Shown here: piece after piece, positions 45,552 through 55,648 of the stretch
How the letters are laid out: every line of letters begins with the position of its first letter
Position numbering within the stretch: position 1 is the stretch's first letter
Virus record (IMG/VR): IMGVR_UViG_3300037010_002878
Span: 1-64,000 of that record
DNA length: 64,000 nucleotides
Strand: one strand, 5' to 3'
From: an uncultured virus (IMG/VR IMGVR_UViG_3300037010_002878)
Lineage: Duplodnaviria > Heunggongvirae > Uroviricota > Caudoviricetes
Position numbers and translations under genes: made by a program
Notes under the pieces: model-generated
What the model saw: the letters and a program-made list of their open reading frames with translations, nothing else
Databases searched by the model: none
What the model was told of the DNA's origin: nothing

Positions 45552-46868
45552 TTAAACGAAAAGATAAACATTTTTTCTAGCTCTAGTTAATGCAACATAA
45601 ACTAGATGAAATAACATTTTTCTATCTGGTGAATTATCAATAGTTTCTTTTAAATTAAGATAAACATCATTGTAACTGGAACCTTGTAATTTATGAATGG
45701 TATTGGCAAAGTTGTATTTTACATCTACAAACATAGATTTAACTTCCCAATACTTATCCCATAATTCTTTGGCTTCCTTGTGTTTACCTTCAAATTTGAA
45801 TTTTTTTGCTTTTGTTGATATTTTGTCTAATAATTCATTATAAGCTCCAATAGAATCATCATCTAGGACTTGAACGAAAATTCCCTCAGTATCTTCTTCT
45901 TTTGGAGTAAATGACCAATAATTAACTTTTAATACTGGGTGATGATTTAAAACTGGTGAATATACTGTTAAAGTATCGCCATTTGATAAAAATTTATTAT
46001 CAAATGAATATGCTTCTTGAAGAACTACCTCTTCTCCATCTATCAATTTAGGTAAATTTACACTACCATTAACATAATTTCTAACAAATTTATTATAAGC
46101 ATTAACAGAATCGTTTGTAAACGAAGATAACATTTTGTCATCTTTATTTTCTAAGTAATGTTTAAGCCATTCTTTCATATCTTTATAAAGAAATATTCCA
46201 TTAGAAGAATTTGTAAACTCATCAAATCTCAACACATTCATATCAAAATTGTTATTAGCTATACACATTCTAATTTCTGTAGCTTTTTTCAAAATAGGGC
46301 TATCTGCAGCCTGTCTTACTACTTCGGTTAATTCATATTGATCTATAGAATCATAGACTGGGTTTTCTCCACCTTCTACTGGAGGTAATTGCATCTTATC
46401 TCCAACAAATAAAACTACATCTATTCCACTTTTAAATGCTTTGTTTTTTATATGGTCAAACAAAGATTTAGAGACCATAGAGCTTTCATCTATAATTAAA
46501 ATTTTTGTTTTATCCATTTTTCCATCATCAAAATCTTCTATCAATACAATTCTATCTTCTAATTTTTGCATTTTCAGTTTTAAATAAGAGTGAATAGTGC
46601 TTGATGAATAATTTCTATGTTTTTTGATGCTTTTATCAATATAGTCATTTAAAACTTTTAATGATTTGTGAGTAGGTGTAGTAACTCTTAAATTTTTCAT
46701 AGGATATTTTTCTAAAAGATATTTAATTATTCTTGAAGAAATTACAGTTTTTCCTGTTCCTGCGGGTCCAGTTAAAGATCCAAAGAATTTTTGACCCATT
46801 CCTAGAGACGTATCTATTCCATCAATTATATCATTAAATATTAGTTGTTGATGAGGGGTTAACTGCAT
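45552..46868 (-). CDS. dda: Dda-like SF1B DNA helicase
   Basis: GPAGTGKT, TPTHK, IIDESSM, GDKMQLPPV, EVVRQ, TIHKLQGS, YVALTRA. Confidence 0.95.
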   Translation of the reverse strand: MQLTPHQQLIFNDIIDGIDTSLGMGQKFFGSLTGPAGTGKTVISSRIIKYLLEKYPMKNLRVTTPTHKSLKVLNDYIDKSIKKHRNYSSSTIHSYLKLKMQKLEDRIVLIEDFDDGKMDKTKILIIDESSMVSKSLFDHIKNKAFKSGIDVVLFVGDKMQLPPVEGGENPVYDSIDQYELTEVVRQAADSPILKKATEIRMCIANNNFDMNVLRFDEFTNSSNGIFLYKDMKEWLKHYLENKDDKMLSSFTNDSVNAYNKFVRNYVNGSVNLPKLIDGEEVVLQEAYSFDNKFLSNGDTLTVYSPVLNHHPVLKVNYWSFTPKEEDTEGIFVQVLDDDSIGAYNELLDKISTKAKKFKFEGKHKEAKELWDKYWEVKSMFVDVKYNFANTIHKLQGSSYNDVYLNLKETIDNSPDRKMLFHLVYVALTRARKNVYLFV

Positions 46869-47151
46869 TATTATCCTTTGTTAATCTCCACCCAAAAAAT
46901 GAAAAAGGAGGTTTAAAAACAACACCTAAGAAAACATTATCTTCTTCATCTACTTGTACATCAAAGCTTTTAATTTTTTTGTTATAAGTTATAATTATTG
47001 TTTTTTTCTCTTCTAAAGAGGTAGTGTCGTCAGAAAAATGTTGCTTAATATCGTATGTTAAAATCATTTGGTTTTTTCGTTTAGAAATATCAATGATGTT
47101 TCGGGCATCTGCTATTGAGCTAGGTATTTTGGAAACTTTATCATATTCCAT
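46834..47151 (-). CDS. Hypothetical protein
   Basis: 105-aa ORF; promoter at 47199-47220. Confidence 0.6.
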   Translation of the reverse strand: MEYDKVSKIPSSIADARNIIDISKRKNQMILTYDIKQHFSDDTTSLEEKKTIIITYNKKIKSFDVQVDEEDNVFLGVVFKPPFSFFGWRLTKDNNAVNPSSTTNI

Positions 47152-47237
47152 GTAGATCCTTTGATAAATAATTCAAAATATTTATGATTTATAAGTATAT
47201 TATATCATAACTTAACTTAAACTTTAATGAGGTCACT

Positions 47238-49337
47238 ATGGAAATTTTGAGTCCAAATGTTCACATTTTTGAATATGAGTACCGAGACCTTAATGCCACG
47301 TCAGACTTAGCTACTGTATTTGGAATACCTAGCAAACCATATAATCTTATAGCTCCTATCTACAAAAATACAAATATTTCTAAAGAAGCTGTAGTACCTT
47401 TAGAATATAATTGTAATAATGTTCATTATGAAATTTGCCAAGAAAACGGTTTGAATATAGGATTGCTTTTTGAATATGACAATACTAAAAAGAAAATAAT
47501 ACCATTTACTAACTTTAGAAACATGTTATATTACGCATCTTTTGATAAATCTTTAGATGTTTGTTTTATAAAATCTATTAAGAAATTTTACAATGGTTTC
47601 ATAATAGGAGAATATATTACTCAGTATGATGAATTAGAAGATAAATTCCAAATTAATACTTTGTTATATGTAGACATTCAATCGAAATTAACCACAAAAA
47701 AATGGACATATGAATATATCAATGGAAACATAACAGTTAAAGAATATACTTCATCTAATGGAACTACATTTGAATTAGTTAGAACTATAGAGTCATTGAA
47801 TACAGATGAAGATGGTAAGCTTTATGATGTTCAAATGAGACAATCATATATCGAAAATGGTGAAGTTGTCGATTTTCAAAAATGTGTTTACTCTTATACA
47901 AATACTTCAAGATTCTTGATAGGATTTGATAGAGAAAATTATTCTTACATGAGATTCAGTACAGACGTTGATGGAAGAGCTAAAGTAATTTCATATCAAA
48001 AAGAGTGGAATACTGTTATAGCTTGTAATATATTCTACTTTGCTGAAAAACCTTTTGTTACGGGACCAGCTAATTTAAATTTAGCTATAAAATGCGAACA
48101 ATATTTTGGAGCAAAAAAAGAAGGTTCTAGACGTATAGAAGTATTAATTAATGAAGATAAGCCTCCTGTAAATGCATTCTCAGATATGTCAGATTATGGT
48201 CTCGCTTTTTTATCTTTCGATAAAAAACATAAGCATGTTGAAGAAATTTTATATTACAATGAAATTGATATTTTATATCAAAAAGCTACTCCAAAATATC
48301 GCCCAGATAATCTTATAGATTCTTTAATTTTTGAACGTATAGAAAGTGATGGAGTAAATTATTCATATTATGGTATAATGAATTATTATTATGATTTGAA
48401 TGGAAAATTATATAAAGTTATGTTTTTTGATGCGGACGAAAATATATCTAAATATTATACGGTTGTTAGAGATGATAAAGGAAGGATTGAAACCTTCTTG
48501 AATAGAAAAAACATTAATTTTGATATTCACTTAGAGTATAAAAAATACAATGGTTATTTTCATAAAGCTTATAGATATATCAATGTACATGAAAATCCAG
48601 TTCTTTGGTATAAAATTTGTTACTCTAGCTCTAAAATAAACGGGATATTTTTTGAAGATACTTTAACTATTGAATTGAAATTTCTTAGTGATGGTGATTG
48701 TATCATTGGCGAAATTGATGGTGTTTCTGATAAAGATGATCCCGTTGCTACAGAATCTGTGTTTATTGATGAAAACAATTCATTAGATTATGTTTATGAT
48801 TATAATAGACCTAAAGTTCAAAGATTTTTTATGAATGAAAATGATTGGAACTTTGCTGAAGGAACTGGTTGTCAACCTTACTTGAAATACATAATAGTTA
48901 AAAACGGGGGCATTGATTTTTTCTTCATTCCTTTTTATAGAAAAGATGGCATTTGTCAATATGTAGATGTATTTGAGAAAATAAATGATGTTTACGTTGG
49001 AAATTTCATAAAAAGAATTGAATTCCTTAGCACTTTAGGAAGAGAATCATCTAAATTTGAACACCCTGATATTGAATATCAAATCATGGTAGCTAAACCA
49101 TATATGACTAAAGATGGATATTTTAACTCAGAAAATTCTAACGCTATAAAATATATCGATTTTGTAGATAGTTATCACAAGTTAGGGTATTTTGAAGTTG
49201 ATGATTATGTAATTCCAAAAGAAGGTTATGTTAGTCAATACCCAATTTATGAGCCATGTCCAGATGATGAATGTGACACTAGCTATTGGGATGATGATTT
49301 CTCATCAGATTTTGAGTATGTAGCTATGTGCTTGTAA
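47238..49337 (+). CDS. Tyr-rich protein with YD-repeat-like segments
   Basis: YYYDLNGKL, RDDKGRIE and similar motifs; 699 aa. Confidence 0.65.
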   Translation: MEILSPNVHIFEYEYRDLNATSDLATVFGIPSKPYNLIAPIYKNTNISKEAVVPLEYNCNNVHYEICQENGLNIGLLFEYDNTKKKIIPFTNFRNMLYYASFDKSLDVCFIKSIKKFYNGFIIGEYITQYDELEDKFQINTLLYVDIQSKLTTKKWTYEYINGNITVKEYTSSNGTTFELVRTIESLNTDEDGKLYDVQMRQSYIENGEVVDFQKCVYSYTNTSRFLIGFDRENYSYMRFSTDVDGRAKVISYQKEWNTVIACNIFYFAEKPFVTGPANLNLAIKCEQYFGAKKEGSRRIEVLINEDKPPVNAFSDMSDYGLAFLSFDKKHKHVEEILYYNEIDILYQKATPKYRPDNLIDSLIFERIESDGVNYSYYGIMNYYYDLNGKLYKVMFFDADENISKYYTVVRDDKGRIETFLNRKNINFDIHLEYKKYNGYFHKAYRYINVHENPVLWYKICYSSSKINGIFFEDTLTIELKFLSDGDCIIGEIDGVSDKDDPVATESVFIDENNSLDYVYDYNRPKVQRFFMNENDWNFAEGTGCQPYLKYIIVKNGGIDFFFIPFYRKDGICQYVDVFEKINDVYVGNFIKRIEFLSTLGRESSKFEHPDIEYQIMVAKPYMTKDGYFNSENSNAIKYIDFVDSYHKLGYFEVDDYVIPKEGYVSQYPIYEPCPDDECDTSYWDDDFSSDFEYVAMCL

Positions 49338-49470
49338 AAGATACTGTATGTAATTTAATTACGTAGATGTATCATATGCATTAGATTTATGATCTGTTTA
49401 GTTACATTCCGATGAAAATTATGCCATTGATTAAGATGGCTATATTCAATATCCAGGAGGATAATATACA

Positions 49471-50472
49471 ATGGGATACAATGATTTAGAAACCTCTACA
49501 TTAAATTTATATGAAGCAGGAGTTTTGTCTAGTTATAGACCTGTTGAAGAACTTTATGTGGAACCAACATATGTTTCCTATAATTATGCGGATACTGAGG
49601 TTTATAATCGAAAAATAAGAAGCTTAGATGGTGGCTATCTAAGCTTAGAAAAAGAAATAAACATTTTTGATAATTATATCTATACAGATTTTGAATCTGC
49701 AATAGGTATGGTATCTAATGAAAAACAATTGATGAAATTTAGCTCTGATAATATATTAGAGTCTATCATAAATTATAGAGATAATATGATAGAATCACCA
49801 TATCTATCTGTCAAATATGAAGGGTCTTTAGTTTCTGGATACTTAACAGAAGGAATATTTTATACCGTAATTCAGGAATATGTTAGATCAGGTCATTTGC
49901 TAACTCCTAGAGGGTATGTTAGCCATGATTATTGGGATGATAATACTTATGAAAATGTAAACCCTAATTATAATGAAGAATTATATTCTCAATCAGATTA
50001 TGTTGAGCTGGATTATTCAGATTATGCTAGTGCTAGAAATAACACTTTAGCAATTAATGGAATGTATGATAATTTAGATTGGGTAAATAATGAACCTGAC
50101 TTCGTTGAGCCTACAATTCATTCTGCATTTTCTTTTAGTGAAATAGATGATAGATTTATTCATGTAGTTTATAATAAAGATCTTCCGTATGTAAACACTT
50201 TTTATATGGGTGAACAAGGTCCTTTACAATTTTATATGATACCATCTAATACTAATCAGCCTTATATTGATTACATAGAAATACTTAATTATTCTAGAAC
50301 TAAAATATTGAACCAGTTTATAATGTATTATGGCGGAGTTGTTAACTCTGTTCCAGATCCATATAAGATTCATCATGTTAAATACACTGATGGAGATAGA
50401 AATTTGATAAGCACATTATATTATGACTATGACTCAAATGGAAATATAACACAAGTTAGAGAGGAATATTAA
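49471..50472 (+). CDS. Acidic Tyr-rich protein with YD-like C-terminus
   Basis: LYYDYDSNGNITQV; RBS GGAGG. Confidence 0.65.
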   Translation: MGYNDLETSTLNLYEAGVLSSYRPVEELYVEPTYVSYNYADTEVYNRKIRSLDGGYLSLEKEINIFDNYIYTDFESAIGMVSNEKQLMKFSSDNILESIINYRDNMIESPYLSVKYEGSLVSGYLTEGIFYTVIQEYVRSGHLLTPRGYVSHDYWDDNTYENVNPNYNEELYSQSDYVELDYSDYASARNNTLAINGMYDNLDWVNNEPDFVEPTIHSAFSFSEIDDRFIHVVYNKDLPYVNTFYMGEQGPLQFYMIPSNTNQPYIDYIEILNYSRTKILNQFIMYYGGVVNSVPDPYKIHHVKYTDGDRNLISTLYYDYDSNGNITQVREEY

Positions 50473-51995
50473 TGGCACAAAGAGTTTATATTTACAACAA
50501 AACTGGTAATGATGAAACTGGTAATGATATAACTAGTATGTCTAGAATAGCGCCAGGATTGGATTCTGTAGAATATGATTTAGAATTCCTTAATGGAAAA
50601 ATATTGAATGTATCAGATAAAAGAACCTCTAATATTGAGCCTATAGTTACGTTTCAAAGAGATGTGAATGATGAAGTTATAAAATTTATCTTACATAAAG
50701 ATAAAAAAGAAGCTATAGTAAAATTAGCCAATAGTGATGATTACAATGAGTTTTATGTAAGAAAATCCATTATATCTAAAGAATCTGAATATCATTCTGG
50801 AAGAAAAGAGAAATTATTTCATTTTCATGATGAAAGAGAAATAGTAAATAAAATACCTATTAGTATTTTAAGAGAATATAATTTAGAAAATATTGATTGT
50901 AGAGGAAAACAAGCTCAGATAGATCTTATAAGAAATTATGATACGTCACTACAGATTGTTCCCACATATTACGATGGAAAAATACTAAATGTGTTGGGTT
51001 ATGACCAAGTCAATAATCTAAATTTTAGGGTAAACTACATTTATAATTCTGATGATATTCTTATACGAATAGATGAATACTCATTAAGAAAAACACCTTT
51101 GGGAAACGAACAATATCTTTTAGATGCTAGCTTTAGTTTATTTTATTCTAATGATAGAGTAGCATATATTACTAGCACGGGAACACCTTACAAAAAAATT
51201 GAATTACAATATAATTCCGTAGGTGAGTTAAGTTCTGTATATAAAATAACAACTTCAAAAAATTTATGGTTCAAAGTTAATAAAAACTACTTGACATTCT
51301 CTAATAATGATATAACTTCATTTAGATTTAAAGGAGATAAATTACAGAAAAGTTCGATATTTGGCGAAGCTGTTCTTAACTTCAAATATAACGTAACTAA
51401 ATCATTCGTAAATAGATTTGTGGTTCCTGGAATTATAACACCAGATAGAACTATTTCTAATTTGTTTATGTATAATATAGATATGTTAGGCTTACAACCA
51501 AATATTTCTGAAATAGAATACATTTATAAAGGAGTAAACATATATAAGTTTATTCCAGAATATAAAAGAGGTAAAATTGTAACATTGGGAATACATGATT
51601 TTGACTCATTGACTAAGTTAGGTTATATTAAATATTTTTATTCTAAAAATTTGATTTCTAGTATTGAAACTTATTATTATAACAAAACAGATCAACCTAT
51701 ATGGGCTAACACGTTTGTTTATGATAGAAATCCATATAATCCATTAGATCGAACTTTAATTGTGGAACATGATAGCGCCGGAGTAGGTGAGTTTAAATCA
51801 GGTAAATATTCTTTCAAAATGACTAAAGATAATAAAATTGCTTCAATTTATGATAATTATGGCAAGTTGGAGATAGGTCAAGTTATATATGATAAAGATA
51901 ATGACGTTCAAGAATACACTCAATATACATTAGATTTTGATATTAATACAGATGATTTAAAATTACGCGAATATTATGAGCTAGGAGATAAATAA
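50472..51995 (+). CDS. YD-repeat-like beta-rich protein
   Basis: YIYNSDDILIRI, LQYNSVGELSSV, IYDKDNDVQE. Confidence 0.65.
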   Translation: MAQRVYIYNKTGNDETGNDITSMSRIAPGLDSVEYDLEFLNGKILNVSDKRTSNIEPIVTFQRDVNDEVIKFILHKDKKEAIVKLANSDDYNEFYVRKSIISKESEYHSGRKEKLFHFHDEREIVNKIPISILREYNLENIDCRGKQAQIDLIRNYDTSLQIVPTYYDGKILNVLGYDQVNNLNFRVNYIYNSDDILIRIDEYSLRKTPLGNEQYLLDASFSLFYSNDRVAYITSTGTPYKKIELQYNSVGELSSVYKITTSKNLWFKVNKNYLTFSNNDITSFRFKGDKLQKSSIFGEAVLNFKYNVTKSFVNRFVVPGIITPDRTISNLFMYNIDMLGLQPNISEIEYIYKGVNIYKFIPEYKRGKIVTLGIHDFDSLTKLGYIKYFYSKNLISSIETYYYNKTDQPIWANTFVYDRNPYNPLDRTLIVEHDSAGVGEFKSGKYSFKMTKDNKIASIYDNYGKLEIGQVIYDKDNDVQEYTQYTLDFDINTDDLKLREYYELGDK

Positions 51996-52552
51996 TGACT
52001 GAAATTATTAATTATTCAGTACCTTTAAATTTGTTTAAAATAGAAGGTAAAAATACATCTATAGAGTTTACGTTCAATGATTCAATACCATCCACCCAAA
52101 TGCCTTTTTTAGGTATAGATGCATCTATACCTTTTTTGAACTCAAGAGAAATCTCAGGCTTTCAATATGTCAAAATTATTAGAGATGATGTAATCGTTTT
52201 CACTCCATCTTATACAAATTCCAAAATGACTGGATTATTGGCTGACAATGGTGATTATTTTCAGCTGACTTATAAAGATGAAATTTTGTTTAAAATTAAA
52301 GAAAAGCGAGGAAATAGTTTTTATGCATATTACTTGATGTATGATGATGAAGGTAAAGTTTTTGAAATAAACAATTATTCAGGAGAAGAGGGCGCGGAGA
52401 GTTTAATATCACAAAAAGAACTTCAATACTCTGATAATGATATATTGCTCGGGTTCAATGAATTAAATGAAAATCATATGTTTAAATTCAATGATTTTGA
52501 TATTCAAGAATTTTCATCTATAGAAGGAATTTTTACTATAATATATCAATGA
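51995..52552 (+). CDS. YD-repeat-like protein
   Basis: LMYDDEGKVFEI, LQYSDNDILLG. Confidence 0.65.
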   Translation: MTEIINYSVPLNLFKIEGKNTSIEFTFNDSIPSTQMPFLGIDASIPFLNSREISGFQYVKIIRDDVIVFTPSYTNSKMTGLLADNGDYFQLTYKDEILFKIKEKRGNSFYAYYLMYDDEGKVFEINNYSGEEGAESLISQKELQYSDNDILLGFNELNENHMFKFNDFDIQEFSSIEGIFTIIYQ

Positions 52553-52781
52553 TATTTCTAGTCAAATATTCATCATATAGAGCCTTTCCTTCGTCAAACT
52601 CTATATGTAATGTATTTGAAATTTCTAATATAATCATATCTACATATTCAAATATTTGTTTCTCAAATTCATCATCTGATAAATTTCTTGAGAAAATAAC
52701 ATCTAGATATTCTTCTAAATTAAATTCTTCTTCAATAAAATAAATTACTGAACTAATATTATCATCAAATTTCATATTCAT
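52536..52781 (-). CDS. Acidic hypothetical protein
   Basis: 81-aa ORF coupled to the upstream ORF. Confidence 0.6.
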   Translation of the reverse strand: MNMKFDDNISSVIYFIEEEFNLEEYLDVIFSRNLSDDEFEKQIFEYVDMIILEISNTLHIEFDEGKALYDEYLTRNIIDIL

Positions 52782-53062
52782 TCTCCAGCTAATGCCTTTA
52801 ATGAATTAAGTGCATGTGTTATGACTAGTTTTTTCTGTTTATAATTAGCGCTAGGAAATGTTTCTGATATTTTTGGATAATACGTTCTAAAATAATCGGT
52901 ATCTATAATTCTAGTGTCTAATTGAGTATTTTCTTCCTCAGTGAAAGTTATTGGGTGCTTTAAAGTAATACTAAACTGGTCATTTTGATAAATCAATTCA
53001 TAAACAATATCATCTTTCTTGTAAAAATTATTTTTTTCTATATAAAACTCGGGCAAATTCAT
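52778..53062 (-). CDS. Hypothetical protein
   Basis: 94-aa ORF; late promoter at 53082-53089 (-). Confidence 0.65.
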   Translation of the reverse strand: MNLPEFYIEKNNFYKKDDIVYELIYQNDQFSITLKHPITFTEEENTQLDTRIIDTDYFRTYYPKISETFPSANYKQKKLVITHALNSLKALAGE

Positions 53063-53119
53063 ATTTGAACCTTTTTATTTCTATTTATAAATATTACAAA
53101 ACATAAGGAAGGTTTCTAA

Positions 53120-54085
53120 ATGATTTTAAGAACTGCTAAAGGTTCAGCATTAACTTATGAAGAAATGGATTCCAATTTAACTTATCTTGATAACACGAAG
53201 GTTAATAAAACCACAGATGAAACAATTGCTGGTATTAAAACATTCACTTCACCTATTCAAGGTAATTTAGTAGGAAATGCGACATCTGCTACAAAATTAC
53301 AAACTCCAAGAACTATTAATGGTGTAGCTTTTGACGGAACTCAAAATATTATTATCCCGGCACAAACATTAGATGGTGTGGCTATCAATACACAACCTCA
53401 AACGTTTACTGGTGTAAAAACTTTTTCAGATGGTTTGATTACGGATATATCTGGAAACTCAGGAACTACAGATAAATTCAAAATAGGTAGAAAAATAAAT
53501 GGTGTTATGTTTGACGGTTCTCAAGATATTACTATTCCATTTGACACTGATAGTTTTGTTACATTGAGCACCAATCAAACAATTTCAGGGCAAAAATCAT
53601 TTTCAGTTAGTCCAACAGCTCCAACACCACCTTCTAGTGATAATTCTACTAAAGTGGCTACCACTGAATTTGTAAAAACTGCGTTGATTGGATTTAGTGG
53701 AGGTTCATCTACTCCAGGGCCAATGGGACCTGCTGGACCTCAAGGTCCTCAAGGTCCAATGGGACCAGCTGGACCAGGAAGTTCATTATTTGTATCATCT
53801 GGTATGGTTGTATGTAGCGGAGGTTTTACTAGTAAAGTAGGTTATCAACCAGAATCTACTGAAGAAAATTATGCAGATGTATTTCCACCTACTGGATACA
53901 CAATGGATCATTTCAAGGGTGTAATACCTTCTATTAGAAATATGTGGTTTGCAGGAACAGTTAACAGTGATGATATTTCATACTGTATCAGTTATGTAAT
54001 GACTGATAGAATAAGAATACAATGTGGAAATTCAGAACAACGAGCCGCAGCACAAGCTAACTATGTAACTTTTTGGCAAAAATAA
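53120..54085 (+). CDS. Tail fibre protein with collagen-like segment
   Basis: ATKLQTPRTINGVAFDGT, PTAPTP..DNSTKVATTEFV, (GPx)7 repeat. Confidence 0.88.
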   Translation: MILRTAKGSALTYEEMDSNLTYLDNTKVNKTTDETIAGIKTFTSPIQGNLVGNATSATKLQTPRTINGVAFDGTQNIIIPAQTLDGVAINTQPQTFTGVKTFSDGLITDISGNSGTTDKFKIGRKINGVMFDGSQDITIPFDTDSFVTLSTNQTISGQKSFSVSPTAPTPPSSDNSTKVATTEFVKTALIGFSGGSSTPGPMGPAGPQGPQGPMGPAGPGSSLFVSSGMVVCSGGFTSKVGYQPESTEENYADVFPPTGYTMDHFKGVIPSIRNMWFAGTVNSDDISYCISYVMTDRIRIQCGNSEQRAAAQANYVTFWQK

Positions 54086-54095
54086 GGATTTTTGA

Positions 54096-54452
54096 ATGTG
54101 GATAGAAATAAATAATAAATTAATTACAGGTATTCATGAAAATGAACCCTCTCAAGTAAGTGAAAATTCGTCTATTGTCTTTATAGAAGGTGCTGGATAT
54201 GAATGTGCGGGAAAATGGTATACAAAAGCTAAAGGTATTCATGACCCAGTTCTTACAAAAACACAATCAACCGAAGAACAAAAAGCACAAGAAATTGTAA
54301 AGGCTAAACGATTTTTATTAGAAACTGATTATGTAGTTACTAAAATAAGCGAAGCTATGATATTAGATGATAATGTGCTAAAAGAAAAGCTTTTAACTGA
54401 TTACGCTGATGTTTTACAAAAACGAAAAGAATTTAGAGAATTGGTAGGATAA
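54096..54452 (+). CDS. Tail-fibre assembly chaperone-like protein
   Basis: FLLETDYVVTKISEA...KRKEFRE motif. Confidence 0.7.
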   Translation: MWIEINNKLITGIHENEPSQVSENSSIVFIEGAGYECAGKWYTKAKGIHDPVLTKTQSTEEQKAQEIVKAKRFLLETDYVVTKISEAMILDDNVLKEKLLTDYADVLQKRKEFRELVG

Positions 54453-54453
54453 T

Positions 54454-55083
54454 ATGATAGTATTAAGAAGAGAAAAAGACTCTCCATTAACTAGAGATGA
54501 AGTAGACAATAATTTTTACGAATTAGCTAACAAAACATTCAACGCGGTAACTATTATAGATCCTCAGACTATTGCTGGAATAAAAACTTTCACGGAATCT
54601 CCTATAGTTCCTAATTTGACATTAGGGGAATCTTCTGGAAAAGCTGTAAATGCTAAGTTTGTTTCTGATGTAGCTGCAAATATTTTAGATAATATTCAAT
54701 CAATGTCAATGTCAACAACAGATAATACTAAAGTTCCTTTAGCTGGAGGAACAATGACGGGTGATTTAATAATCAATGCAAATTTAGTAGTGTCTGGTAG
54801 TATAACGGAAACATCAGATATAAGAACCAAATCTAATATTAAACCGTTAGAAAATTCATTGAGTAAAGTTCTTTCTTTACAAGGTGTTAGTTTTACGAAA
54901 AATTCTACAGGTGAAGAAAATATCGGATTTATTGCCCAAGACGTTTTGGATGTAATTCCTGAAATTGTAAAAGAAGTTGATGGATATTATTCTGTAGCAT
55001 ATGCTAATGTTGTTGCATTATTAGTAGAAGCTATAAAAGAACAAGAGATTAGAATACAAGATTTAGAAGCTAAAATGAAGTAA
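54454..55083 (+). CDS. Tail fibre protein with C-terminal peptidase S74 intramolecular chaperone
   Basis: TSDIRTKSNI...GFIAQDV..V.PE.V...Y.....LLVEAIKEQ. Confidence 0.9.
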   Translation: MIVLRREKDSPLTRDEVDNNFYELANKTFNAVTIIDPQTIAGIKTFTESPIVPNLTLGESSGKAVNAKFVSDVAANILDNIQSMSMSTTDNTKVPLAGGTMTGDLIINANLVVSGSITETSDIRTKSNIKPLENSLSKVLSLQGVSFTKNSTGEENIGFIAQDVLDVIPEIVKEVDGYYSVAYANVVALLVEAIKEQEIRIQDLEAKMK

Positions 55084-55203
55084 AAAATATCATTATCTGA
55101 TGATTCTGAAATAGATGAAACAAAAGTTTTTTAAAATGAAAATAGACTAAGATTTTCATGATAATTATAATCATTTAATAAGTACTAAATATATTTTAGA
55201 TAA

Positions 55204-55230
55204 AATAACTTAGAAGATTTCTAAGTTATT
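55204..55230. terminator. Inverted repeat between convergent operons
   Basis: AATAACTTAGAA-GAT-TTCTAAGTTATT 12-bp stem. Confidence 0.55.
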
Positions 55231-55351
55231 GACTTGTAGAACAAATAATAAATTCTCCATTAACTTTTTTATTCTATTAATTTAGAATCTGAATTTTTTT
55301 CTGGAAAACTACAATTATTAAGGTATGCTAATAACTGTTATATTATAACCG

Positions 55352-55648
55352 TTAAGAAATGATTCCAAATATTTTGGAATCTTGCATTAAAATATAAAGT
55401 GCATCACTTCCTTCATATAAATCATAACCTGCAGTTTTATCAAATACTACAAAATCATTTATTTTCACACATTTAACAATATTACCTACAGATATTACCT
55501 GTCCTCTATCGGGCCGGTCAATAATTGTATCTTTTTCTGCTAAAATTATTCCAGATAGCGTTTCTTTTGGTTTAAATGAGCATTTAACCAAAACTGCGTC
55601 TCCTGTTGGTTGAAATTTTGTGATGTTTTCGTCTGTGAATTTATTCAT
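55352..55648 (-). CDS. groES: GroES-like co-chaperonin (T4 gp31 analog)
   Basis: QPTGDAVLV, ETLSGIILA, GQVISVG..V..VK..D.V. Confidence 0.9.
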   Translation of the reverse strand: MNKFTDENITKFQPTGDAVLVKCSFKPKETLSGIILAEKDTIIDRPDRGQVISVGNIVKCVKINDFVVFDKTAGYDLYEGSDALYILMQDSKIFGIIS

